NCBI GenBank assembly: GCA_964388185.1
Contig: CAYLYJ010000002.1
Location: 1-62,062, forward strand
Length of the DNA stretch: 62,062 nucleotides
Reading direction: 5' to 3'
Source of the DNA: an uncultured Coriobacteriaceae bacterium
GTDB lineage: Bacteria > Actinomycetota > Coriobacteriia > Coriobacteriales > QAMH01
The notes beneath the pieces were generated by a model, which did no database searches, was not told the DNA's origin, and was given only the letters and a program-made list of their open reading frames with translations. Shown piece by piece: positions 9,918-18,879 of the stretch. The position numbers were made by a program, and so were the translations under genes. Positions within the stretch are counted from its first letter, which is position 1. Every line of letters starts with the position of its first letter.

Positions 9918-9940
9918 CAGGGGCCAGGCCCCCGTCACAT
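9912..9940. repeat. REP-like palindromic element, site B (ATGTGACAGGGGCCAGGCCCCCGTCACAT).
   Basis: Read directly. There is one A/C mismatch in the stem. The element overlaps the stop codon of the upstream glycosyltransferase. Confidence 0.85.
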
Positions 9941-10029
9941 CCCGGCGGGATAAAGATACAGCCTGTTATACTCTCGTAATCGGGCGAAGGGCTCGGAAAT
10001 TATATGCTGAAGTATCATTTGGATAGGAT

Positions 10030-12057
10030 ATGGACGTCAAACGCGAAATAGCGTACCTGAGGGCATGCGGATTCATGAGGGCCTTCGGGCGTCGGTCCGC
10101 TGACGTGGGAGACGCGAGGGCCTCCTGCGTCGGTTCGCGCGGCCTGCTCGAGCTTATCGGCATCTACGACCTGGAGGACGACACGAGTTCGTTCCGCTTT
10201 CTCGTCGTCATGCCGAGCGATGCCGAGCCGTCACTGCGCGTCTTCGATGCTCTCGGTCACGAGCTGCGTCCCGAGGTGAGCCTCCTCTCGCGTGAGGCCA
10301 TAGGAGGAAGGGGGGATGCCCGGTCTGCCGCCTACGTTCTTGCGGCCAGGCTTCCCACGAACACCCTGGGATTGTTCGCCGCCGTGCCGGGCGCCGGCTT
10401 CCTTCGCTTCACGCCCGGCATGCACAGGAGGATGCTCAACGAGCGCATAGCCAAGATGTGCAACCCGGGAGTCGACGGGCTCTACGGGGAGTGGATAAAG
10501 AAAGACGAGCGCCGGGACGATGCGGATGACTCGAGCGATCTGGCTCTCCGGCCGCTCATGAGCGTGATCACCCCCGTCTACAACACGCCCATCGGCTTCT
10601 TGAGCGACTTGACGGATTCCCTGAAGGCTCAGACGTATCCCCGCTGGGAGCACATCCTCGTAAACGCAAGTCCCGACAACGAAGAGGTCTCGGCGTTCCT
10701 GCGCAGTCTGGACGATTCGCGTTTCAAGGTCATAACTCTGGACGAGAACAAGGGCATAGCCGAGAACACCATCGCCGGAATCGAGGTGGCGAGCGGTGAT
10801 TACCTCTCCTTCCTCGATCACGATGACATCGTCGACGCCCGTATCCTGGAGGAGTACGTCCGCGCTATCAACGAGGATCCGAGCATCGACTTGCTGTACT
10901 GCGACGAGGATTCTGTATCCGAAGACGGATCATTCTTCTCGACTCCCAGATTCAAACCCGAGTTCAATATCGATTTACTCAGGTCATTTAATTACCCGCT
11001 CCACATGCTGGCGGTCAGCCGCCGCGCCTACGAGCGGGTTGAGCCCTACGGCGACGACGTGAGCGGCTCGCAGGACTACGACCTCACGCTCAAGATTGCG
11101 GAAGTCGCTGAAGGTGTTGTTCGCGTGCCCAAGGTTCTCTATCACTGGCGGGAAAATGAGGGCTCTCTCACTCACAAGGGGACGGATGAGGTCGATGTTC
11201 GGCGCTTCGATTCATCCATGTGCGCTATATGTCGCTATTACGCTTTCAGGGACATCGATGCGCAGGTAACTCCCAGTGACATTCCATGGCTTTACCGGAC
11301 CGACTACGCGCCCTCGGCGGCGCGGGACGTCTCGCTCGTGGTCGTCAGCCATGACGAGGAGTCGACCCGGCGTCTCGAGGAGAGCCTGGGGGGACAGCGG
11401 ACCTCCATCCTCGCGGAGAGGCTTATCGCCGGCGAAGACGACCTGGACGAGGTCATCCGCAGGGCCAAGGGCGACCACGTCATCGTGGTCGGCGACAACG
11501 TGACCTTCGAGGACGGTGTCGGCGCCCTCGGTCGCATGCGCGACGCGCTGGCACGGCCCGACCTGGGCGTCGTGTCCGCCAAGTCGGTCACCCCCGAGGG
11601 GCTCAACCTGCACGTCGGCCTCTGCGTGAAGGGCGACGGGACCATAGGCTACCTCAACCAGGGCTTCGTGCAGGGCATGGGCGGCGGGTACAACGGCTGC
11701 GCCGAGGCGCGGTGCGACTACAGCGCCGTCGACCTCTCGTGCGCGGCGTTTCGCAGGGCCGACTTCGAGGCGGCTGGTGGTCTTTCCGGGGAGTACGACA
11801 CGCCGCTGGCCCGTGCCGTCGACTTCTCGTTCAGGATGCGCGACCTGGGAAAGCTCGTCATGGTCGATCCGGATGCGCGCGTCGTCGCGCGGGCCGGCCT
11901 GGAGCAGCTGCTGCTCGGGTACTCGCATCTGTCGGACCGGCCGCAAGACGTGGCGAGGCTCTGGTCGCGCTGGGGAGAGGAGTACAGGACCGACGTCCTC
12001 GCCAATCCCAACTACACGCTCGACAACTCGTACTTCAATTTGAGGTTTGGGGAGTAA
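10030..12057 (+). CDS. Glycosyltransferase (GT2 plus degenerate GT2-like domain). Copy 2 of the tandem pair, with a divergent N-terminal ~135 aa.
   Basis: 675-aa ORF. It is identical to copy 1 from NERIAKMCNPG to YFNL. The N-terminus MDVKREIAYLRA parallels MNIKREIDHMKA of copy 1. Confidence 0.8.
   Translation: MDVKREIAYLRACGFMRAFGRRSADVGDARASCVGSRGLLELIGIYDLEDDTSSFRFLVVMPSDAEPSLRVFDALGHELRPEVSLLSREAIGGRGDARSAAYVLAARLPTNTLGLFAAVPGAGFLRFTPGMHRRMLNERIAKMCNPGVDGLYGEWIKKDERRDDADDSSDLALRPLMSVITPVYNTPIGFLSDLTDSLKAQTYPRWEHILVNASPDNEEVSAFLRSLDDSRFKVITLDENKGIAENTIAGIEVASGDYLSFLDHDDIVDARILEEYVRAINEDPSIDLLYCDEDSVSEDGSFFSTPRFKPEFNIDLLRSFNYPLHMLAVSRRAYERVEPYGDDVSGSQDYDLTLKIAEVAEGVVRVPKVLYHWRENEGSLTHKGTDEVDVRRFDSSMCAICRYYAFRDIDAQVTPSDIPWLYRTDYAPSAARDVSLVVVSHDEESTRRLEESLGGQRTSILAERLIAGEDDLDEVIRRAKGDHVIVVGDNVTFEDGVGALGRMRDALARPDLGVVSAKSVTPEGLNLHVGLCVKGDGTIGYLNQGFVQGMGGGYNGCAEARCDYSAVDLSCAAFRRADFEAAGGLSGEYDTPLARAVDFSFRMRDLGKLVMVDPDARVVARAGLEQLLLGYSHLSDRPQDVARLWSRWGEEYRTDVLANPNYTLDNSYFNLRFGE
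10438..12043 (+). repeat. Right copy of the 1606-bp direct repeat.
   Basis: Same evidence as for 8304-9909. Confidence 0.85.
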
Positions 12058-12096
12058 ATCCTGTAGTGCAACGAGGCAGAATAACGGTCGACAGGT

Positions 12097-15096
12097 CTAT
12101 TTTCTGTAGTTCAATATATGGCTAGCAACTTTTCCTATGAAAGGAAACGTGCTTCGCGGATTAACATACTCTTCGGGCACAAGCGCAGTCTCGGCTTCGT
12201 TCGTATATTTGGCGCATATTGAATCTAGACAATGGGCTATATCCTGCGGGGTCACGCATCGCAGCGAGTGTATGTAAGGCGAAAAATCAGAGAGGTCCTT
12301 CCCTGAGTACGCATTCGTAATCGTTTGCACGCCGAACGACGCCATTTCAAGAGGCGGATAGCTTGGATGAGGAGACACCATAAGGGATATGCCTGCATAA
12401 GATTCTGTAAGCAGACGGGCGTAATCATCGATGGTGAGTTTGCCTACCGACACGAGGTTCTTCCCACGCCCAAGGGGGATTGGTTCGTGCTGTTCGCCGG
12501 CGGATACGAAATCCCATTGTGTGCCAGTCTCTTGCGTGTCGATCCATTCTCTGAGCGATTCGATGATGAGGGAGAAGGCGTTGCGGTCAGTGTTCGGTCG
12601 CCCGTATACGACTATTTGTCTGCGCTTCGCGGCCGTGCCCTCGAGCTTTTCAAGCTTATCTTTCAGACCACTATTGAGGGAAGGGTTGAATACGTACGAC
12701 GTATCGAAGGAATATCCCTTCTCGTCGAAATAGTTCTTGAGCTCCTGCGAATTGAATATGGCAACTATCGGGCTTTCGTTCAAGTATGTCGATTCCGCAA
12801 GCATGTATTTGCTCGACCAGGCATAGAAACCGGGTTCATAGTCCTGAATGCAATACAGAAGGGGCGTCTCTGAATGCATTGCTCCCTCATATTTCAAGTG
12901 GGCTCGCTCGGCTTGGACAATGAAGGCGCTCCACCATGAGGTGCAGAGGAACCAGTCATTTTCCCCGACGGGGACGCTTGATTCGCGTCCTCTTCGATAT
13001 ATGGATACGATTTGATGCGCGCATGAAGAGTCGTCATTCATATTCACAAATTCGTACTGAGGAAACCTCTTTGCTATCTCTTTTTCATATGGTTTGGCAT
13101 CCATAATGATGATCCTGGAGTTGCAATTCAGTTCTTTGACTAGGGTGTTGAATAAATTCAGTGCGGTTGAAATGCCACCAAAGATATCCTCGTTGTTCAA
13201 AGAGGGAATCATCAAATTGATTCTGGTTTTGTCATGATGGCTGTTCCGGAAATGAATCGGACGAATTTCGGGGACACTCGTCTCGATGCCCTCCTCGTCC
13301 TTTTCGCGCTTTAAGAACGTGCGATGCGAGATAGGTTGCGGAATGCAGCTGCTGTAATCGAGGTTTTTGTTGAAGAAGGGATCGCCGGCAAGAAGATATC
13401 CCTTGTAAGCTCTCCGCGAAAGTTCGAAGTCAATCTTGGGAATGTCCGTGGGGTTTCTGGTTTTCGATTCGAAGTGCGTGAGTCTCACATCTGGAAGGTA
13501 CAGGTTCCTGTATCCATTTCTGATTGCGCGCAGGCACATCTCGACATCACTTCCGCACACGATAAAGTCTTCGTCGAAGACGCCGATGTCGTCGACAAGG
13601 CTTCGCGAGAAAGCCATGCATGCGCCTGTGACAGCGGTGACGTTTCTGGGCACCATGGGGGATACAAATGGATTGCCGTGATGTACTGGTTGAGCACCTT
13701 TGTAAATGTGGTCAGCCCAACCTCCGAGGCCCACGACGACACCTGCATGCTGGATCGTGCCATCCGGGTAGAGAAGGAGGGATCCAACGACGCCGATATC
13801 TTCCCGCAGGGCGTTTTCGACAAGTCGATCGAGCCACTCGTCGGTCAAAATGACGACATCGTTATTCAGGCAGACAATTACCTCTCCCTTTGATGCCTCA
13901 ATGCCCTGGTTATTGACCTTGGACCAGTTGAAAGGATAATTTGCCCGTTCTATCTTTACGTTGTCACGTGTCTCCGTGAGATAGGAATAGTACTCCTCCG
14001 TCTTTGGGTCTTCTGAATTGTTATCAATGATGATAATCTCGTAATTGGGATACGTCGTGCGCATGAAGATGCTTTCGACGGCTGTTATCAAGTCATCAAC
14101 GTGATTCTTCGTGGGGATGATAATCGAGGCAAGGGGTCTGTCTTCGGGCAAGGTCCAACGCACGTCGTATACGAACAGCTTGTCTGTTTCTTCGACATGA
14201 ACAACGTCCTTGCCTTTTGTCCTATCGAAATGAGATTGAATTGCCCTCAGGCCGGCAATTTGAGAATAGGGTTTTGCATCGGGATTTGTTGCCGTTGAGC
14301 TTGGCAGGGAGCGCCATGAGTAGAGCACATGGGGGATGTGCTCTATGGAATCCGTCTTCTCCATCATCCTGAGGAATAGATCGTAATCTTGGCTTCCATC
14401 GAAGGCGCTGTCGAATCCACCGACTTCATCGAAGATGGATTTCTTGAAGGCGAGCAGGTGTCCGACATACATTTGGGCCATCATGAGGTCATATGACCAA
14501 TCTGGTTTGAGAAAAAGAGAAAGGCGCTTACCCTTTTCGTCTATGACGTCATTGTCGCTGTAGATGATGTCGGCATGGGTTGCGGATACCATGTAGAAAA
14601 GCTCTTCGAGCGCATTGAATGCGAGCTCGTCATCATCGTCGAGCAAGACCAGGTAGCTACCGCTCGCCAGCTCTGTTGCAGCATTGCTGGTCCCCGAGAT
14701 GCCGAGATTTTCTTCGAGGAATCTAATCTTGATCCTATCGCCTTGAATGCTCTTGAGGTAGTCGAGCAGTTCCTCGTTGCTCGAGCAATCATCTGCGATG
14801 CACAGTTCCCAATCGTTGTAGGTTTGCGCCTTAATCGATTCTACAGCTTTCTCGACCCACTTTTTCTCGACGTTGTATGTGGGCATGATGACAGAGAAAA
14901 GGATGGAGCCGCTCACGCTTCCCGGCTCTGTATTGGGCAAAGAAGAATACAGCTCATCGACGATTATCTCGTCGTGGATGCGATCACGTAATCCTTTAAT
15001 GCCATAAAGGCCCGCGAACCGTGTGAATCGCATCACGTTGTCAGGATACTTCTTGATCACCTTGGCGATTTTCTTTGCAGTGTCAATCTTGCTCAT
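12097..15096 (-). CDS. Large three-domain glycosyltransferase: two GT2 domains plus a C-terminal GT-B/WsaF-like domain. The gene has low GC.
   Basis: 999-aa ORF. Motifs FSVIMPTYNVEKKW...AQTYNDWELCIADDCS and ASIIIPTKNHVDDL...YPNYEIIIIDNNS are present. Sampled lines are ~37-45% GC against ~60-70% in neighbouring genes. Confidence 0.75.
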   Translation of the reverse strand: MSKIDTAKKIAKVIKKYPDNVMRFTRFAGLYGIKGLRDRIHDEIIVDELYSSLPNTEPGSVSGSILFSVIMPTYNVEKKWVEKAVESIKAQTYNDWELCIADDCSSNEELLDYLKSIQGDRIKIRFLEENLGISGTSNAATELASGSYLVLLDDDDELAFNALEELFYMVSATHADIIYSDNDVIDEKGKRLSLFLKPDWSYDLMMAQMYVGHLLAFKKSIFDEVGGFDSAFDGSQDYDLFLRMMEKTDSIEHIPHVLYSWRSLPSSTATNPDAKPYSQIAGLRAIQSHFDRTKGKDVVHVEETDKLFVYDVRWTLPEDRPLASIIIPTKNHVDDLITAVESIFMRTTYPNYEIIIIDNNSEDPKTEEYYSYLTETRDNVKIERANYPFNWSKVNNQGIEASKGEVIVCLNNDVVILTDEWLDRLVENALREDIGVVGSLLLYPDGTIQHAGVVVGLGGWADHIYKGAQPVHHGNPFVSPMVPRNVTAVTGACMAFSRSLVDDIGVFDEDFIVCGSDVEMCLRAIRNGYRNLYLPDVRLTHFESKTRNPTDIPKIDFELSRRAYKGYLLAGDPFFNKNLDYSSCIPQPISHRTFLKREKDEEGIETSVPEIRPIHFRNSHHDKTRINLMIPSLNNEDIFGGISTALNLFNTLVKELNCNSRIIIMDAKPYEKEIAKRFPQYEFVNMNDDSSCAHQIVSIYRRGRESSVPVGENDWFLCTSWWSAFIVQAERAHLKYEGAMHSETPLLYCIQDYEPGFYAWSSKYMLAESTYLNESPIVAIFNSQELKNYFDEKGYSFDTSYVFNPSLNSGLKDKLEKLEGTAAKRRQIVVYGRPNTDRNAFSLIIESLREWIDTQETGTQWDFVSAGEQHEPIPLGRGKNLVSVGKLTIDDYARLLTESYAGISLMVSPHPSYPPLEMASFGVQTITNAYSGKDLSDFSPYIHSLRCVTPQDIAHCLDSICAKYTNEAETALVPEEYVNPRSTFPFIGKVASHILNYRK

Positions 15097-15170
15097 GGAC
15101 GTCCTTCTCTTTCTTGCTTATCCTATCGAGTGGCACGGCATCCTTCTTGGAGAATGCCAATATTATGCAT

Positions 15171-15567
15171 GTCCCTACATCCCGTACCATCCGACGCCCT
15201 CGCCCTTCCAGCCTATCGCGACGAGCCTGTTGTGCTCGGCGAGGTCCTTGGTGTAGTTGTGGCTCCCGGAGTTGTTGCGCGGCGCGCTCGGATTGACGTT
15301 GGGGTTGAACTGGCGGTACAGCGGCACGCGCTTGCCGTCGTCGGAGTACCAGCCGATCCCCTCGTACCTCCAGCCCACGCGCACGAGGTTGTCGCGCTCG
15401 GAGGCGTCCATCGTGTAGTGGTGGTCGGTTCCCGAGTACAGGCGGTACACCGGGGTCTTGGAGGTCTTCGGCGCCGTCCACCCCACGCCCTCGTAGGCCC
15501 AGCCCACGCGTTTTAGGTTGTCGCGCTCGGAGGCGTCGGCGGTGTAGAAGTGCTCGCCGCTGTTGGG
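15171..15567. repeat. 397-bp segment identical to 21514-21910. It encodes the C-terminal anchor cassette.
   Basis: The terminal ~130 aa of the two proteins are identical, and so are the overlapping alternative-frame ORFs (15130..15516 vs 21425..21859). The first mismatches are at 15170/21513 and 15568/21911. Confidence 0.85.
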
Positions 15568-18500
15568 ATTATACAGGCGGTACATCTCTCGGCCGTCCGG
15601 ATTCGTTGCGCCCGACTTCGCGATCGAGAAGGTTTGCTTCAGGGATCCCGTGTAGTTGCCCCTGCCGATGACGGTTGCGCTCGCCGTGCCGACGTTCACG
15701 TTGTTGGAGTACTGGACGGTGTAGTCCTTCTCCTTCGTGAGCGTCCCGTGCCCGGGCATCGTGACGGTGGGATTGGGCGTGATCGCGCTGCCGGTGTACG
15801 TCTGGGACGGGATCTTGACCGTCGCGCCGCTGAGAGATACGGGCTTGATGGCATACCAGATGCGTACGTAGTTTCCGCTGCTGTGGTAGTTGCCTAAACC
15901 GACGACATCCGCGCGGGCGCTGTCTGTGCCGGCGTTTACGTTGTTCCAGAAGTTGACGATACGATAGTCCGTCCCTTCTTTGAGAACCTTGTTGCCATCG
16001 CGCACGGTGATGTTGGGCTTGAGCTCATGTCCCGTGTAGGTGGGGGCATCATTGATGGTGATCATGGAGCGTGTGATGGGATTGACGATATCGAATTCCG
16101 CGTTCTTGAAGCCGGAGTAATTTCCATCGTTCTTGGCGGTGATGACGGCCGTGGCAGTGCCGGGATTGGTGTTGTTGCGGTAGATGATGTCGTAATCAGT
16201 ACCCTCTTTGAGCGTGATGGAGTTAACTATGACCGTTGCCTTGGGCTTGAGCTCTTTACCCGTGTAACGTTGGGGGGCGATTGTCACGGTGGCGGTCTGC
16301 AGCTCGAGCTTGCTGATGGTGAAGTTGCACCTGCCCCATTCGGTCGCGCCCTCGAAATTACCCTTTCCGACGACGCGTATCTGGGCGGCGTTGCCCGCGT
16401 TCTTGTTGTTCTGGTATTCGTACGTGAAGTCCTTGTTCTCGGACAGGACGCCGAAATCACCGAGCGAAACGGCGGGTTTGGGAGTGATCACGTTTCCGTT
16501 GTATGGGTAGCTGCCGACGGTTCCGAATGTTGCGGTGGAGATGCTCGCCGGATTGATGGTAAAGGTTTTCGTGATCGTGCCGGAGCACTTGCCCGCGCCC
16601 TTGATGATGACGGTGGCGGTACCGGCATTGACGTTATCTTTGTAGCTGACCGTATAGTCGCTTCCCTTCGTGAGCGTCGTGCTGCCGTAGACTACCGTCG
16701 GGGTAGGCGATATGGCCTTGCCCGTATATGTGTAGCTGTTGTCGATTTTGCTTACGCTCGCAGAGCTGATATCGAGTCCGGTAACCGTGACGCTCTTGCT
16801 CAGCGTGATACCCGTATCCGCATTGCCATCGGCATCTTTGAGCGTGGCGGTGATGGTCGCCGTGCCTGGCTCCTTGCCCACGAACGAGACACCCATGTTG
16901 TCTCCGCTATCCGTGACGGTCATCTCGATGATGTTGGACTTATCGACGCTCCATGACCAATCGGAGGGGGAGCCCCCATCGCCCCATGCCGTACCATCGC
17001 CGTACAGCATCTTGACGCTGCCGTTTTCGCTGCGCTGAATCGTGTCGTCTCCTACGAGTGATGCACTCGTGACCTGAAGAGCATGGTAGGCATCGATCTC
17101 ACCGTAGCCGGTTTCGCGATCCCAGCCCGCGGCGTCTATGTCGGTGGCTGTCGCTTCGATGATGTCCGCGACCTGGCTTGCGTTGAGCTTGGGGTTTTCG
17201 GAGAAGATGAGGGCCGCGATGCCGGCGACGCAAGGAGCGGCCATGGAGGTACCGGTCGCGTTCGCAACATTACTTGTATTTGATAGGGAGAGAATACTGG
17301 TACCTGGGGCGCTAATGTTCTTGACATGCTTGTCGTCAACGTTGTAGTTGGAACTTGCATCGCGTGCGACACTGTTATTGGATGTCGTCCAATTGTCAGT
17401 CTTCTTGAGGTTGATAACTGATATGCCATTGGCGAAATCACCGGGATTGCTTATATAGGGACCATCAATGGGGTTGTTTCCGGCGGCAGTTACAGTGAGA
17501 ATACTCGGAAAGCGGGTCGTGATGTTTTCGCCATTTGTGTACGAGCCCTGTCGAGCTGAATCTATGCAGGACATGAGCACCTCGTCTTCTGTTGTCAGAG
17601 TTTCTTGTTTGGCGCCCAGGCTCATGTTTATGACACGCACGTTATAGAACTCGGCGTTACTCTTTGCTCCAGCAACGCCTTCGTGTGCGCTGAAGAGCCA
17701 ATTGTATGCATTGGCGATATCAGCGGTGTCAAAGAAGTGACCTGGATTACCCTCCTGATCCTCCCCGAAATAGCTTGCCTTGATGATGACGAGGCCGGCA
17801 TTGTAGGAGACGCCTGCGACATATTGGCCATTATTGGCTTCGGCTGACACGATGCCGGCAACATGGGTTCCATGCCCGCTTTCATCATCGACGTCATCTT
17901 CTCGCCCAAGGTTCTTCTTTGTCGCAGAGTTGTAGTGGGCGACGACATTGTTCTTCAAGTCTGGATGATTAATTTGAGCACCCGTGTCGATGACGGCGAC
18001 CGAAACGCGATTGCCGCCCTTGTCACCGCACTTCTCGATTCCCCATGCGTTGTATGCATTGACTGAGTCAAGCGCCCATTGTTGCACGCTTTGCGGATCG
18101 TTAATGCTCACCGCTGCCTGTGGTGTCACTGCGCCGTCGGCGTTTGTGGAAGCGGGCTGCACGGCAGATACGCTATTTGCGCTGCCGCTGTTTTCGGCAA
18201 GCTGGTAGACGAAGTTGGGTTGTGCCTTGAGGCCCGAGAGCTTGAGCGTCGTAACGGAGTCCTTCACGTCCGCGCCATCGGCGAGCTCGATGCTGACGTA
18301 GCCGGCGCTCAGGTCCTGGTCGGAGACGTCTCTCGTGGCCGCGAAGTCGCATGAGGCAAGTACCTTGTTAATGCTGTCGGCGCTCGTACCCGGCTCGATG
18401 CTGAGCAGCACCTCGTCGTGGACGTAGCCGAGTTCGACATCGAGGGCCACGTCCCTGTTGGTGTCTGTAGCGGTGTCCGGGGACTGTTCGGTTGCAGAGT

Positions 18501-18681
18501 CGTTCGCATCGGTGGAGACGGTAGCGTCACCGGGGGAGTCTGGACGAGGGGCCGGTCCTTGCGCGAGGAAGAATCCGCCGACAACGAGGGCAAAGGCCGC
18601 CACGAGGCATGCGGATACAACTGCGCGCATGCGACCGCGTGAATGCCTTTTTGTTTCGTTGCTATGTGCTCCGTTTTTCAT
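15175..18681 (-). CDS. Secreted S8 subtilisin-like serine protease with multiple Ig-like repeats and a C-terminal triple wall-binding-type repeat.
   Basis: 1168-aa ORF. Catalytic triad contexts are VAVIDTGAQINHPDL, HGTHVAGIVSAEANNG and GTSMAAPCVAGIAALIF. The N-terminus has a TM/signal segment. Confidence 0.85.
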   Translation of the reverse strand: MKNGAHSNETKRHSRGRMRAVVSACLVAAFALVVGGFFLAQGPAPRPDSPGDATVSTDANDSATEQSPDTATDTNRDVALDVELGYVHDEVLLSIEPGTSADSINKVLASCDFAATRDVSDQDLSAGYVSIELADGADVKDSVTTLKLSGLKAQPNFVYQLAENSGSANSVSAVQPASTNADGAVTPQAAVSINDPQSVQQWALDSVNAYNAWGIEKCGDKGGNRVSVAVIDTGAQINHPDLKNNVVAHYNSATKKNLGREDDVDDESGHGTHVAGIVSAEANNGQYVAGVSYNAGLVIIKASYFGEDQEGNPGHFFDTADIANAYNWLFSAHEGVAGAKSNAEFYNVRVINMSLGAKQETLTTEDEVLMSCIDSARQGSYTNGENITTRFPSILTVTAAGNNPIDGPYISNPGDFANGISVINLKKTDNWTTSNNSVARDASSNYNVDDKHVKNISAPGTSILSLSNTSNVANATGTSMAAPCVAGIAALIFSENPKLNASQVADIIEATATDIDAAGWDRETGYGEIDAYHALQVTSASLVGDDTIQRSENGSVKMLYGDGTAWGDGGSPSDWSWSVDKSNIIEMTVTDSGDNMGVSFVGKEPGTATITATLKDADGNADTGITLSKSVTVTGLDISSASVSKIDNSYTYTGKAISPTPTVVYGSTTLTKGSDYTVSYKDNVNAGTATVIIKGAGKCSGTITKTFTINPASISTATFGTVGSYPYNGNVITPKPAVSLGDFGVLSENKDFTYEYQNNKNAGNAAQIRVVGKGNFEGATEWGRCNFTISKLELQTATVTIAPQRYTGKELKPKATVIVNSITLKEGTDYDIIYRNNTNPGTATAVITAKNDGNYSGFKNAEFDIVNPITRSMITINDAPTYTGHELKPNITVRDGNKVLKEGTDYRIVNFWNNVNAGTDSARADVVGLGNYHSSGNYVRIWYAIKPVSLSGATVKIPSQTYTGSAITPNPTVTMPGHGTLTKEKDYTVQYSNNVNVGTASATVIGRGNYTGSLKQTFSIAKSGATNPDGREMYRLYNPNSGEHFYTADASERDNLKRVGWAYEGVGWTAPKTSKTPVYRLYSGTDHHYTMDASERDNLVRVGWRYEGIGWYSDDGKRVPLYRQFNPNVNPSAPRNNSGSHNYTKDLAEHNRLVAIGWKGEGVGWYGM

Positions 18682-18824
18682 GGCGCAATTGTAGCGAGAG
18701 AGTGCGATTTCCGCAGTAAGAGGGGTGGATTTGATAGAAAATTGGCAGGCAAATGTAACCTATCACTATGCCACTGGTTTCGGGCCTGTCACGCGTCCCC
18801 ACCCTCTCACAGAATGTCCACATG

Positions 18825-18863
18825 AATGTGACGGATGTGACAGGGGCCTGGCCCCTGTCACAT
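18825..18863. repeat. REP-like palindromic element, site C. Full hairpin ATGTGACAGGGGCCTGGCCCCTGTCACAT (18835-18863) preceded by a partial left arm AATGTGACGG (18825-18834).
   Basis: Read directly. It lies 16 nt downstream of the stop of the minus-strand subtilase 18880..21372. Confidence 0.85.
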
Positions 18864-18879
18864 TCCGCAGCATCGCAGG

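Noticed and set aside
7893-12057. Treating the perfectly duplicated glycosyltransferase segment as a definite assembly artefact.
   Set aside because: An artefact cannot be excluded from sequence alone. However, the two copies have different, individually coherent N-terminal modules, different 3' ends and an intervening spacer carrying a palindromic element. That argues for a real duplication, so it is kept as a finding with a long-read check.
12097-15096. The low-GC genes as part of a mobile element or genomic island with integrase or IS boundaries.
   Set aside because: No transposase, integrase, tRNA attachment site or flanking direct repeats were seen around either low-GC gene. Only compositional evidence remains.
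9921-18855. CCWGG (Dcm/Vsr-type) sequences in the loops of elements B (CCAGG) and C (CCTGG), as a possible link to the vsr gene.
   Set aside because: Most copies have CCTGA/TCAGG instead. The CCTGG to CCTGA difference would need deamination of the outer cytosine, not the Dcm-methylated inner one. The link is too speculative without methylome data.
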